A stretch of DNA of 64,000 bases, taken from assembly GCA_024233215.1 (NCBI GenBank), contig JACKPW010000015.1, positions 84,253-148,252 of the forward strand. The letters are read 5' to 3'. The DNA comes from Verrucomicrobiales bacterium. Lineage in GTDB: Bacteria > Verrucomicrobiota > Verrucomicrobiia > Limisphaerales > J093. The translations under genes and the position numbers were made by a program. How positions within the stretch are numbered: position 1 is the stretch's first letter; every line of letters starts with the position of its first letter. Shown one piece after another: positions 9,228 to 20,765 of the stretch. Under the pieces are notes generated by a model. The model worked only from the letters and a program-made list of their open reading frames with translations, made no database searches and had not been told where the DNA came from.

Positions 9228-10700
9228 ATGGCGGTGAAATCACCCGAGCGGCCGAACCCCGAAGAGTCCTCCGTCGTCCAGGAAATCGACTGGACCGACT
9301 TTCGCGACCACATTGCCACCGCCGACCAGGAGGGCCGTCGCAAGTGGATTTTCGCACGGCAGCCCAAGGGCCGTTACTACCGCTGGCGCACCGCCTTCAG
9401 CCTGCTGCTGCTGGCCATCATGTTCGCCGGACCGTTCATCCGGATCGATGGCAACCCGCTGCTGCTCGTCAACATCGTCGAGCGTCGCTTCGCCTTCTTT
9501 GGCCGGATCTTCTGGCCGCAGGACGGCATCGTGTTCGCTGTGGGGATGCTCCTTTTCCTCATGGGGATCGTGGTGTTCACCGCGGCTTTTGGGCGGCTCT
9601 GGTGCGGATGGGCCTGCCCGCAGACGGTGCTCATGGAGATGGTGTTCCGCCGGATCGAATACTGGATCGAGGGCGACGCCCCGGCCCAGCGGGCCCTGGC
9701 GGGGTCGCCCTGGACCCCACTCAAGATCTTTAAGAAGACCCTGAAGCACGCCGTCTTCCTCGCCTTGTCGTTCCTGGTCGCGAACACGCTGCTGGCCTAC
9801 ATCATTGGCAGCGACGCCTTGATTCAGATCGTCACCGACAGTCCGCTGAACCATCTCAAGGGCCTGACCTTCATGGTGCTGTTCACCCTCCTGTTCTATG
9901 GCATCTTCGCCCGCTTTCGCGAACAGGCCTGCACCTTCATCTGTCCCTACGGGCGGTTCCAGTCCACGCTCATCGACGAAAACACCATCGTCGTCGGGTA
10001 CGACTTCAAACGGGGCGAGAAACGGGAGCGCCTGCACCGGGACGAATCGGTCGAAGCGCGGGCGGCGAAGGGGCAGGGGGACTGTGTGGACTGCCGGCAA
10101 TGCGTGGCGGTTTGTCCGACCGGCATCGATATTCGGGACGGCCTCCAGATGGAGTGTGTCCATTGCACCGCCTGCATGGACGCCTGCGACGCCGTGATGG
10201 ACAAGATCCAGCGGCCGCGCGGGCTGATTCGGTACGCCTCGCTGGAGGGAATCGAGAAGCGCCAACCGCTCCGCGTGACACCGCGCATCATCGGCTACTC
10301 GATTGTGCTGATGGTGCTCGGACTGGGCATGCTGACGCTGCTGCTGACGCGGTCGGACGTGGATGTGACCATGCTGCGGGCGCGCGGGACGCTTTATCAG
10401 GAGCTGCCCGACAACCGGGTGAGCAACCTGTATCTGCTGAAACTCACCAACAAGAGCAACCGCGAGATGGGCATCGATCTACGGCTGGAGGAACCTGCCG
10501 GCGAACTGACGGTGGCGGGCGGGCGACTCCATCTCGCTGCCGGCAAACAGGTGCAGTCCTCGGTGGTGGTGGAGCTGGATCGCAGTGCGCTTGAGGGGCG
10601 GAAGACGCCGCTGACGGTCGTCCTGTATGCCGGCGATGTGAAGGTCGGAACCGTCCGACCGGAGTTCCTTGGCCCGCGGCAATCTGGTTCCGGAAAATAG
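9228..10700 (+). CDS. ccoG: cbb3 oxidase accessory protein CcoG/FixG (polyferredoxin-like membrane protein)
   Basis: Motifs CGWACPQTV, CTFICPYGRFQS and CVDCRQCVAVCPTGIDIRDG...CVHCTACMDACD. Length is 490 aa. Confidence 0.92.
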   Translation: MAVKSPERPNPEESSVVQEIDWTDFRDHIATADQEGRRKWIFARQPKGRYYRWRTAFSLLLLAIMFAGPFIRIDGNPLLLVNIVERRFAFFGRIFWPQDGIVFAVGMLLFLMGIVVFTAAFGRLWCGWACPQTVLMEMVFRRIEYWIEGDAPAQRALAGSPWTPLKIFKKTLKHAVFLALSFLVANTLLAYIIGSDALIQIVTDSPLNHLKGLTFMVLFTLLFYGIFARFREQACTFICPYGRFQSTLIDENTIVVGYDFKRGEKRERLHRDESVEARAAKGQGDCVDCRQCVAVCPTGIDIRDGLQMECVHCTACMDACDAVMDKIQRPRGLIRYASLEGIEKRQPLRVTPRIIGYSIVLMVLGLGMLTLLLTRSDVDVTMLRARGTLYQELPDNRVSNLYLLKLTNKSNREMGIDLRLEEPAGELTVAGGRLHLAAGKQVQSSVVVELDRSALEGRKTPLTVVLYAGDVKVGTVRPEFLGPRQSGSGK

Positions 10701-10726
10701 CAGGGGATCCGACCCCGACCATCCCC

Positions 10727-11227
10727 ATGAACATGACCCACGCAACCTCCCAACCCCGTTGGAACCCTTGGCCGGTGGGGATTGTGGCGTTCTTCGCCTG
10801 CTTCATCACGCTGACCGCCGTGTTCATCGTTCTGAGTACCCGCCAGCGGACCGACCTGGTCGCCCCGGATTACTATGAGCGGGAACTCCGTTACCAGGAA
10901 CAGATCGATCGCGCAGAACGCACCCGGCTGGCCGGTTTGACCGCGAAGGTGGACTACGAGGCGGTCGGTGACCGGCTGGTGATCGCACTGCCGGAGGCCC
11001 ATGGTCTGGCGCACCCGAAAGGCCGGGTGCTGCTCTACCGGCCGGCCGCCGCCGAGATGGATCGTGAGATTGCGCTTGAGGTGGACGGACAGGGCCGGCA
11101 ATCGGTGGACGCCAGTCAGTTGCCGGAAGGTCCGTGGAACGTGCGGGTGGAATGGGCGCTTGGCACCGCGGAATTCTCATCGCAACAGCGGGTCATCATC
11201 AAACGCGGGCTGGAAACGGAACCTTGA
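10727..11227 (+). CDS. fixH: FixH-domain protein (CcoH-like)
   Basis: 166 aa with an N-terminal TM helix followed by APDYYERELRYQEQIDR, typical of FixH. It sits immediately after ccoG. Confidence 0.8.
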   Translation: MNMTHATSQPRWNPWPVGIVAFFACFITLTAVFIVLSTRQRTDLVAPDYYERELRYQEQIDRAERTRLAGLTAKVDYEAVGDRLVIALPEAHGLAHPKGRVLLYRPAAAEMDREIALEVDGQGRQSVDASQLPEGPWNVRVEWALGTAEFSSQQRVIIKRGLETEP

Positions 11228-11242
11228 GCGGTTCCGGTCGCC

Positions 11243-11935
11243 ATGGAACTTTGGACCGCCTTCATCCTGGGATTTGCCGGCAGCACGCATTGCGCCGGGA
11301 TGTGCGGGCCCCTGGCCCTGGCGCTGCCGTCTTCCGGCAAGGGGGGCGTGCAACACGTCATCGGACGTTTGCTCTACAACCTCGGCCGCATGACCACCTA
11401 TGCGGGCCTGGGCATTGTCTTCGGTTTGCTGGGGCGAAGCCTCGCGCTGGCCGGCGTGCAGCGATGGTTCTCGGTCGGCATCGGGATTGTCCTGCTGGTG
11501 GGGGTGGTTTTTTCGCGCCCCCTCCTTCTCAAGTTGCCGGCTACAGGCCTCACCGGGTGGCTCAAGCCTCGCCTGGGCCGCCTGCTTCAGCGCCGTACCG
11601 TCGGCGCAATGTACGGCTTCGGCCTGCTGAACGGCCTGCTGCCCTGTGGCCTCGTCTATGTGGCCTGTGCCGGGGCGGCGGCGTTGGGTGAGTGGCTGGC
11701 CGGGGTCGAATACATGCTGGTGTTCGGGCTCGGCACCGTGCCGATGATGCTGACGTTGGGGCTGGCGGGACGGGTGATCCCACCGGGTTTCCGGCTGCGC
11801 CTGCAACGCGTGGTGCCGTGGTCCCTGGCGCTGGTGGCCGTGCTCCTCATCCTCCGCGGAGCCTCGCTGGGGATCCCCTACCTGAGCCCCGACCTCTCCG
11901 GTGACCCGGCCGCCTGCTGCCTGCCTCCACCATGA
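11243..11935 (+). CDS. TauE/SafE-like (UreH-like) transmembrane protein commonly ending cbb3 clusters
   Basis: Polytopic 230-aa protein with an N-terminal GSTHCAGMCGPLALAL motif. The position after fixH matches, from memory, the Bacteroidota-type cluster order. Confidence 0.75.
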   Translation: MELWTAFILGFAGSTHCAGMCGPLALALPSSGKGGVQHVIGRLLYNLGRMTTYAGLGIVFGLLGRSLALAGVQRWFSVGIGIVLLVGVVFSRPLLLKLPATGLTGWLKPRLGRLLQRRTVGAMYGFGLLNGLLPCGLVYVACAGAAALGEWLAGVEYMLVFGLGTVPMMLTLGLAGRVIPPGFRLRLQRVVPWSLALVAVLLILRGASLGIPYLSPDLSGDPAACCLPPP

Positions 11936-11995
11936 GCCCCGCGGCCGTTGGATCCCTCCGCCGGGAGGATGGCAGGCCGGAATCCGCCGAGCAGT

Positions 11996-12019
11996 TTCGT
12001 GTTGCACCTGCAACACGAA
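11996..12019 (+). terminator. Perfect 11-bp hairpin after the cco cluster, built on the CAACACGAA decamer motif
   Basis: TTCGTGTTGCA-cc-TGCAACACGAA lies 61 nt after the tauE-like stop. There is no clear T-tract (GTTGATCGTTG follows). Confidence 0.35.
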
Positions 12020-12111
12020 GTTGATCGTTGAGCGGCGCGTGTTTGGCCGGTTCGATCGTGGTATCCTGAGCAGGCGTGTCAAGGTTCCCGCGTCCACCCG
12101 CTGAAAGCACT

Positions 12112-12135
12112 CGCCCCACCGACTGGGGTGGGGCG
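12112..12135. terminator. GC-rich hairpin between the convergent cco cluster and clpC
   Basis: CGCCCCACC-gactgg-GGTGGGGCG is a 9-bp perfect stem, 39 nt downstream of the clpC stop on the minus strand. T-tracts are weak on both strands. Confidence 0.4.
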
Positions 12136-12173
12136 ATTCATGACACGCAAGAGTGGCGTCTGAGACTGTGGGC

Positions 12174-14657
<2,484 letters not shown>

Positions 14658-14696
14658 ATGTTCGTCCCGAAGCGGAACGATTCAAAACTGCCGTGT

Positions 14697-15803
14697 TTAA
14701 GCCGGTTTGTCCAGCGCGCCGGGTGCGGAAGGCGGGGTGCTCCCGGGGCGGGGGATGTCGTGCAACCGCTCGCGAATCAGATCGGCCCGGAGAAAATCCC
14801 GTTGTTCGGGGCTGAGCTTGCCCTTGGAGATCAGCTGGAGATGGGCGGGTTGGACGATTAGAAAAAGCTCGTCGGTGAGGGCGCGGGGGGCGTCGCCGAA
14901 CAGGCCGAGGTCGATGCCCAACCGGAACAGGGAAAGCAGGTTGATCGCCTCCTTGCTGGGGATCCGGTGGGCGTTTGCCAGGATTCCGTAGGCGCGTCCG
15001 ACGTGGTCGAGGACGGACTTCGGTTTCTTCTCCAGCAGCAGGGCGCGGGCGTCGTTTTCGTGTTCGATGACCTGGGCCACCACCTTGCCGAGCCGTTCCA
15101 GGATTTCTTCCTCGGAGTCGCCCAGGGTCATCTGGTTTGACACCTGGAAGACGTTCCCCAGGGCCTCGGTGCCTTCGCCGTAGAGGCCGCGGACCGCCAG
15201 CCCCAACTTGTTGACGGCCTGGATGATCTGGTTGATCTGCTCGCCGAGGACCAGGGCGGGCAGGTGGAGCATGGCGCTAACGCGGATGCCGGTGCCGATG
15301 TTGGTGGGACAGGCGGTGAGATAACCGAGTTGCGGCGAGAACGCGTAGTCCAGATGGTGTTCGATGGCGCTGTCCACCGCGTCGATGGCCTCCCAGGCGC
15401 GGTCGAGTTGCAGACCGGGCAGGACGCACTGCATGCGCAGATGGTCCTCCTCGTTGATCATCACGCTGAGGGACTGGTCGCGGCTCAGTACCAGTCCGCT
15501 GCCGGCCCCCTTGGCGGCGTGTTCCCGGCTGATGAGGTGCCGTTCCACGAGAATCTGCTTGTCCAGCGAAGACAGGCTTTCCATGGCCAGCGACAGTCCT
15601 CCCTCCATTTGCGGCAGGGTTTGCACCGCAACGGTGCTCTTCTCGCACGACTTCACGCGGTCGGGCTTCTTCGCCCAGCCGGGAAAGGGGAAGCCCTGGA
15701 GGTTACGGGCCAGGCGCACCCGGCTCGACATCACAATCTTGTTCTGGGGCCCCGATTGTGCGGCGAGCTCGGCAATGGGGGAAAGGAACTCCTGCAAATC
15801 CAT
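14697..15803 (-). CDS. mcsB: Protein arginine kinase McsB (ATP:guanido phosphotransferase)
   Basis: 368 aa. The guanido-kinase active-site signature CPTNIGTGIRVS is present. N-terminus is VMSSRVRLARNLQGFPFP. Confidence 0.92.
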   Translation of the reverse strand: MDLQEFLSPIAELAAQSGPQNKIVMSSRVRLARNLQGFPFPGWAKKPDRVKSCEKSTVAVQTLPQMEGGLSLAMESLSSLDKQILVERHLISREHAAKGAGSGLVLSRDQSLSVMINEEDHLRMQCVLPGLQLDRAWEAIDAVDSAIEHHLDYAFSPQLGYLTACPTNIGTGIRVSAMLHLPALVLGEQINQIIQAVNKLGLAVRGLYGEGTEALGNVFQVSNQMTLGDSEEEILERLGKVVAQVIEHENDARALLLEKKPKSVLDHVGRAYGILANAHRIPSKEAINLLSLFRLGIDLGLFGDAPRALTDELFLIVQPAHLQLISKGKLSPEQRDFLRADLIRERLHDIPRPGSTPPSAPGALDKPA

Positions 15804-15812
15804 GGCAAAGCG

Positions 15813-16331
15813 TCAGTTGGCGGGAGATTCGGGCGGGGCCGGTTCCGCGCGCAGGAGCTTGATCTCGTCCCGCAGGCGCGCGGCCTCCTCGTAGTCTTCA
15901 CCGGCCACGGCGGATTCAAGTTGTTTCTGCAGACTTTGAATCCGCCGGGTGACGGGCCGGGGACGGCGCGGTTGATGCGGCGTCTTGCCGGTGTGGCGCA
16001 TCCCCTTGTGCATGCCCTTGAGCATGCCCTCGAGACCCTCCGCGAAGTGCTGGTAGCAGTCCGCGCAGCCGAGCCGGCCACTCTTCTTGAAGTCGGCCTG
16101 GGTGAAACCGCACTTGGGACAGGCGGTGTCCTCGCCCTCGGTGGTCCCCTGGGCGAGTCCCTGCGAGGCTCCCAGTCCCATGAGCAGGTCGGCCAGGGAG
16201 AAGCCCATGGGATCGTCGATGCCCTTTTCCTTGGCGCATTTCTCGCAAAGGTCGACCTTCTTGAGCTTGCCGCCGACCACCTGGGTGAGGTGGACCTTGG
16301 CTTCGTTCTCCTTGCAGATCATGCAGACCAT
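15813..16331 (-). CDS. mcsA: McsA-like activator (UvrB/UvrC-motif zinc-finger protein)
   Basis: Start placed at the ATG at 16331 (MVCMICKENEAKVHL...). It has four CxxC pairs and a C-terminal UVR motif (EDYEEAARLRDEIKLL). Length is 172 aa. The longer tracked ORF (to 16712) overlaps ilvE and was rejected. Confidence 0.85.
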   Translation of the reverse strand: MVCMICKENEAKVHLTQVVGGKLKKVDLCEKCAKEKGIDDPMGFSLADLLMGLGASQGLAQGTTEGEDTACPKCGFTQADFKKSGRLGCADCYQHFAEGLEGMLKGMHKGMRHTGKTPHQPRRPRPVTRRIQSLQKQLESAVAGEDYEEAARLRDEIKLLRAEPAPPESPAN

Positions 16332-16366
16332 GGCGGCGAAGGCGGTTGGCGGGATGCGGCGCCGTC

Positions 16367-17257
16367 TCAGGCGTCCTGCACATCCCCGGGCCGGATGGGT
16401 TCGCCGGAGCCGTGGGTCAGCTCGCGGTATTTGGCCACCAGATCGCGGGTGAGCGCGCCGGGCGTGCCGGAGCCGATCTTGCGCCCGTCGATCTTGACCA
16501 CCGGCACAATCTCGGCGCCGGTGCCGGTGAGAAAACACTCCTCCGCCACGTAGAGGTCGAAGCGCGTCAGGGTGCTTTCGGACACGGTCACTCCCGCTTC
16601 CCGGGCGAGGTCCATGACCACGCCGCGAGTAATGCCATACAGGGCGCCGGCGTGCAGTGGCGGGGTATGCAGCACGCCCCGGCGGACGATGAAGATGTTG
16701 TCGCCCGTGCATTCGGCCACGTAGCCTTGGGCGTTGAGCATGATTGCCTCCTCGACGCCGGCGACGTTGGCTTCGATCTTCGCCAGCACGTTGTTGAGGT
16801 AGTTCAGCGACTTGATGGCCGGGTTGACCGCGTTGTGGTGGTTCCGGGTGGTGGCGACCGTGACGATTTCCATCCCGTGCTCGTAGAGTTCCGGGGGATA
16901 CAGCTGGATGCGGCCGGCGATGACGACGACCGAGGGGTTCTTGCAGCGGTTGGGATTCAGTCCGAGCGTTCCGATGCCCCGGGTCACCAGCAGCCGGACA
17001 TAGCCGTCGGTGATTTCATTCTCGCGACAGGTTTCGACGACGGCCCGGGTGAGTTCCTCCAGCGACATCGGGATTTCCAGCGCAATCGCCTTGGCGCAGT
17101 CGAACAGCCGCTCGAGATGCTCGCGCAGCTTGAAGACCCGCCCGTTGTAGGCCCGGATGCCCTCGAACACGCCGTCGCCGTAGAGCAGGCCGTGGTCGAA
17201 CACCGAGATCTTGGCGTCCTGCTCGCTGTAGAATTTGCCGTCAATGAAGACCTTCAT
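16367..17257 (-). CDS. ilvE: Branched-chain amino acid aminotransferase (class IV)
   Basis: Start placed at the ATG at 17257 (MKVFIDGKFYSEQDAKISVFDHGLLYGDGVFEGIRAYNG...). Length is 296 aa. It ends 35 nt upstream of mcsA. Confidence 0.92.
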   Translation of the reverse strand: MKVFIDGKFYSEQDAKISVFDHGLLYGDGVFEGIRAYNGRVFKLREHLERLFDCAKAIALEIPMSLEELTRAVVETCRENEITDGYVRLLVTRGIGTLGLNPNRCKNPSVVVIAGRIQLYPPELYEHGMEIVTVATTRNHHNAVNPAIKSLNYLNNVLAKIEANVAGVEEAIMLNAQGYVAECTGDNIFIVRRGVLHTPPLHAGALYGITRGVVMDLAREAGVTVSESTLTRFDLYVAEECFLTGTGAEIVPVVKIDGRKIGSGTPGALTRDLVAKYRELTHGSGEPIRPGDVQDA

Positions 17258-17346
17258 TTCTGTGGCGGGCAGCCTAAGTAAGCCCCTTCGGCCGCGCAAC
17301 ATCTATCCCGGTGTGATCGGTGAGGCGGCTTCCGTGCGGCGTGGCG

Positions 17347-18141
17347 TCATTGCGGGGCGGCCGGCGGTGGCGGGACCGACCCCGTTCCTGACACAGGCGT
17401 GAACCGGAAGTCCCGGATCACCAGTTCGACCTCCTGTCCGTCCTTGGGGGGACGACCCTGGAACAGCCAGAGGTTGAGGTGCACCGGCATCGGTTCCTGC
17501 GAGATGAAGCGTTGGGGTTCCGAGGGACGGTAGTTCCACACCGCCACCGGAGCGTTCCGACTCCCATCCCCAGGCAGGCCGGCCAGGGACTGGAACGTGA
17601 TCCCTTCGCAGGTCCAAACGAAACGGTGTGTCGAGTCGTCTCCAGGGAGTTCCAGCGGGAACCCGTGGGAAACCTGCTTCAACCCGGGTTCCGCCGGCCA
17701 CACGGTGAAGTTCCCGATCGGATTGGTTGCCCGACCCCACCGGGCGAACTCGATGTCGATTTCGTGCGTGGCGTCCGGGCCGACGTCGCGGGTGGGGTAG
17801 TTGAACAGGCCCAGCACCACATTGTCGTCGAGCCGGTCAAGCCGGCCCACGGTTTGGAACTCGTACCGACCGAAGCCGAGCCGGCCCTTCATTGTCACTT
17901 CGGCGCAAGACCATTGGCCGTCGCGACACGCGATCTTGAGGTGGAGGTTGGTTTGTCCGTCGAGCCAGACATTTCGGGTGTCCCAGGCGTTGGGACCCGG
18001 TCCGCCCCGGCCCGAGCGCACCGTCCAAGTGTGGCCGGCGAACTCGAGTTCCGTCGAGCGCGCGGGCAAGGCGGGGAGAAGGGTTGCGGCGAGGAGAACC
18101 GGGAGAACCGGGAGGAGGGATGGGCTGGGACGCGGTTTCAT
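17347..18141 (-). CDS. Secreted GH16-like / concanavalin-A-like glucanase-fold protein
   Basis: Start placed at the ATG at 18141, which gives a signal peptide (MKPRPSPSLLPVLPVLLAATLLPALPA). A GH16-type catalytic motif EIDIEF is present. Length is 264 aa. Confidence 0.7.
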   Translation of the reverse strand: MKPRPSPSLLPVLPVLLAATLLPALPARSTELEFAGHTWTVRSGRGGPGPNAWDTRNVWLDGQTNLHLKIACRDGQWSCAEVTMKGRLGFGRYEFQTVGRLDRLDDNVVLGLFNYPTRDVGPDATHEIDIEFARWGRATNPIGNFTVWPAEPGLKQVSHGFPLELPGDDSTHRFVWTCEGITFQSLAGLPGDGSRNAPVAVWNYRPSEPQRFISQEPMPVHLNLWLFQGRPPKDGQEVELVIRDFRFTPVSGTGSVPPPPAAPQ

Positions 18142-18149
18142 GAGGGGGC

Positions 18150-20516
18150 CTATTCGGCCGAGGTTGCTGGGTTTGCGTGTCCCGGCCAGTTCAAATGGCG
18201 GCGGAGGAACTCGAAGGTCCCTTCGCCGTGGATCGTGTGGGGGCCGGTGAACCACTCGATGCCGCATTGTTCCTGAAGGCCGAGCCGGGCCTCGTAGAGG
18301 TGGCGGACCTTGGCGAATTCATAGGCCACGGTTTCGTCCGGCGCCACGCCGTCGAAGTGGCCCCGTTCGACCATGAACGGGCGCGGCGCGATCAAAGCGG
18401 CCATTTCCGCGTAGTTGAAGGTGCCGCCCAGGTTGAACTCGAAGATCTCGTATTCCGGTGTTCGCACGTAGCTGTAGGGGCTTCGGGTCGACGCGCATTT
18501 CCAGACCCAGTCGTTGAAATCGCCGGAGCAGATCGCGAGGCAGTAGTCGTCCACCAACGGGGGGACGCGCATTGCGGTCTTGCCGCCGTAGCTCAAGCCG
18601 TAGAAGCCGATCCTTGCCGGATCCACGAAGGGCAACGTCTGCAGCCAGTCGGTGATCTGCTGGTGCTGGGGGACCATGATCGAATACAGCGTCCTGCCCA
18701 GCGGGTTCGCCTTGCGCTGCAGCGTGCGGAAGCGGTCGGCGAACAGATACAGGTTCTGCGGCGCAAAGGTCACAAATCCCTCCTCGCACAACCGGGCGGC
18801 GAAGTCGCGGTAGAACTGCGAATCGCCGGTGATCGTGTCCTGCGGCCGGCCTTCCAGACCGTGCTGGCACACCACAACCGGCCGTTGTTCCCCCGGCTCC
18901 AGTCCCTTCGGAACCAGCAGAATCCCGTAGGCCATCACCTCGGGGAACACGTCCAGCACGACCTCGTACCCGGTCCAGAGGGGGCGATCGTAGATCACCC
19001 GCGAACGCGGATTGGGCGGCAGGACCGGGTCCTCGAAACGGCCGATCACTTCGCGATGGAAGTAGTCCCGGTAGTGCGCCGCGGTCCTGCGGAATGCCTC
19101 CAGCGACCTCGTATCGAGGTCCGTCATGAACGCCGCCCGGGTGTAGGGGCTTTCGGTGAGAACCTGTTGGGTGTGGCGATCCAGTTCGTGCAGTTGCCGG
19201 GCGGAGCGAGCGGCGGAATCGAAATCCGGGCATAGGTTCCTGGGGAGCGCCCCGTCGGCAGGCAGGCGCTCCGGGATTCGCAAAGCCGCCAGCAGCGCCG
19301 CCAGGGCCGGTTCGCTGCCGAACGCGCCGTCCCCCGTCTCTCCGCTGGCGATGAGTTGCATCGGAGCGGGGGTGCCCAGACCGGCCACCATCGAGCGGGC
19401 CCGTTCGTATTCCGTCCGCACGTCTTCAAGTCGAGGCGACACCAGCAGCCCGGGCGCCCCATTGCCGCGTCGCTGCGAGCTCCAACCGCCGCCCCCCGGC
19501 AGGTTGAGTTTTGGACCGCCCGCCGCCTCGATGATCAACGTGCGGGGTGCCACCATGGCGGCGAGTTCGGCGTCCCCGAATTCGTTGAGCAATCCAAAGA
19601 CATTGCGATCGACCGGTTGCTGCCAGAGTTTCCGGCGGTCGTCGAAATGGCCGCTGACGCACGTGGCGACGATGCGGGGGTCCAATGCGGCGGCGTCGAG
19701 CGCCAGGAGACCGCCTTCGCCCCAGCCCATCACGCCAATGGGGACGGCCGACTCCGCGCTGTTACCCGACAGCCAGTCGACCGCCGCGAGGACCTTCTGC
19801 AACTCGTAGCCAATGACGTGCCGGCCCAGTTCATAGGCCGGTCGCTGGATGAACTCCCGGTGGGACAGCGAGGTTTGCGGATCGATTTCCCGGTTGATCA
19901 AGGTGGGGACAATCACCTGGCAGCCGCTTTCCACCAGGCGCCGGGCAAACTGGCTTTCGGGGGGAACGCCCTCCGCCAGGCCGACGAGTTGTTCCGGGGT
20001 CTGGTCGGCGTCCGGGATGGCGACCAGGTTCGCGCGGGGAGACCGGCCAACCGGCGTGAGCAGCAGTCCCTCACCCGTGACGTCCCCAAAGGCCGGCCAG
20101 CGCACGGCGAGGATCTCGTAATCCTGCCCTGCGCCGCGGAGCGCACCCCGGGACGGCGCCGCAACGAGTTCGAGCTCGACCTGCTCCGGTCGGGGATCGC
20201 GCATTCCCAGGATCTGCCCCAGCCGCTTGCGACGGGGTACCAGCGATTGCTCCCATGCTTCGACCGACGATGCGCCCGGTTTCCAGGCAGCCTCGCGCAC
20301 CCCGGCGGATTCGTCCGTTTTGCGCAACAGGAAACGGTCCACCCCCGCAACGAGATTCGAGGCGATGTCGCCCGTCATCTCCAGCGGCAGGGTTCCGGGG
20401 AGGGGCGGGATGGGTGGAAAAGCGCCGCTGGGATCGTCAGCGGAGGCCGCGCCGGCCTGCGCCGGCCACACCGACGCGAAGGCAGCGGTCAGAACGCTCA
20501 GGACAGCGGGTTTCAT
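18150..20516 (-). CDS. Large secreted alpha/beta-hydrolase-fold protein (serine esterase/peptidase-like)
   Basis: Start placed at the ATG at 20516 (MKPAVLSVLTAAFASVWPAQAGAA, a signal peptide). The nucleophile elbow is GLSYGG in the C-terminal domain. Length is 788 aa. It ends 8 nt before the GH16-like gene. Confidence 0.75.
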   Translation of the reverse strand: MKPAVLSVLTAAFASVWPAQAGAASADDPSGAFPPIPPLPGTLPLEMTGDIASNLVAGVDRFLLRKTDESAGVREAAWKPGASSVEAWEQSLVPRRKRLGQILGMRDPRPEQVELELVAAPSRGALRGAGQDYEILAVRWPAFGDVTGEGLLLTPVGRSPRANLVAIPDADQTPEQLVGLAEGVPPESQFARRLVESGCQVIVPTLINREIDPQTSLSHREFIQRPAYELGRHVIGYELQKVLAAVDWLSGNSAESAVPIGVMGWGEGGLLALDAAALDPRIVATCVSGHFDDRRKLWQQPVDRNVFGLLNEFGDAELAAMVAPRTLIIEAAGGPKLNLPGGGGWSSQRRGNGAPGLLVSPRLEDVRTEYERARSMVAGLGTPAPMQLIASGETGDGAFGSEPALAALLAALRIPERLPADGALPRNLCPDFDSAARSARQLHELDRHTQQVLTESPYTRAAFMTDLDTRSLEAFRRTAAHYRDYFHREVIGRFEDPVLPPNPRSRVIYDRPLWTGYEVVLDVFPEVMAYGILLVPKGLEPGEQRPVVVCQHGLEGRPQDTITGDSQFYRDFAARLCEEGFVTFAPQNLYLFADRFRTLQRKANPLGRTLYSIMVPQHQQITDWLQTLPFVDPARIGFYGLSYGGKTAMRVPPLVDDYCLAICSGDFNDWVWKCASTRSPYSYVRTPEYEIFEFNLGGTFNYAEMAALIAPRPFMVERGHFDGVAPDETVAYEFAKVRHLYEARLGLQEQCGIEWFTGPHTIHGEGTFEFLRRHLNWPGHANPATSAE

Positions 20517-20564
20517 GGGGCGAGTATGGCCGGGGCGGTGGTTCGGGAACAGCAGGATGATCCC

Positions 20565-20765
20565 GAAAACCACAGATGAACGACGATGAACCGTTCAGTC
20601 TGGAAACCGCAGATGAACGCGGATGAACGCAGATAAGTCCTTCGGCCTGAGCCCGCGATGCCCGCCGGATGTCTTCACCCAATGGGTGAACCGGGACGAC
20701 TGCGGAAGTCCTTGGGAATCTGTGTCCATCTGTGTCTATCTGCGGTTCAACTGCTCTTTCCAGGT
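20565..20765 (+). repeat. Hairpin element A (GCAGATGAAC-type arms) with an extra half left arm
   Basis: The left arm is 20607-20634 (CCGCAGATGAACGCGGATGAACGCAGAT) and the right arm is 20718-20745 (ATCTGTGTCCATCTGTGTCTATCTGCGG). By hand, the 28 pairs are 22 Watson-Crick, 4 G.U and 2 A.C. A duplicated half arm lies at 20565-20598. The 3' box GGTTCAACTGC is at 20744-20754. The element ends at the cotH stop codon (20766-20768). Confidence 0.8.

Noticed and set aside
20565-20765. Short tandem decamers in the hairpin arms (here and at 32006, 34972, 36330, 53551) as CRISPR-like or other arrays
   Set aside because: The units are about 10 nt and contiguous with no spacers, with only three per arm, and they are mirrored by an inverted arm. 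No cas genes are present. This is not a CRISPR architecture.
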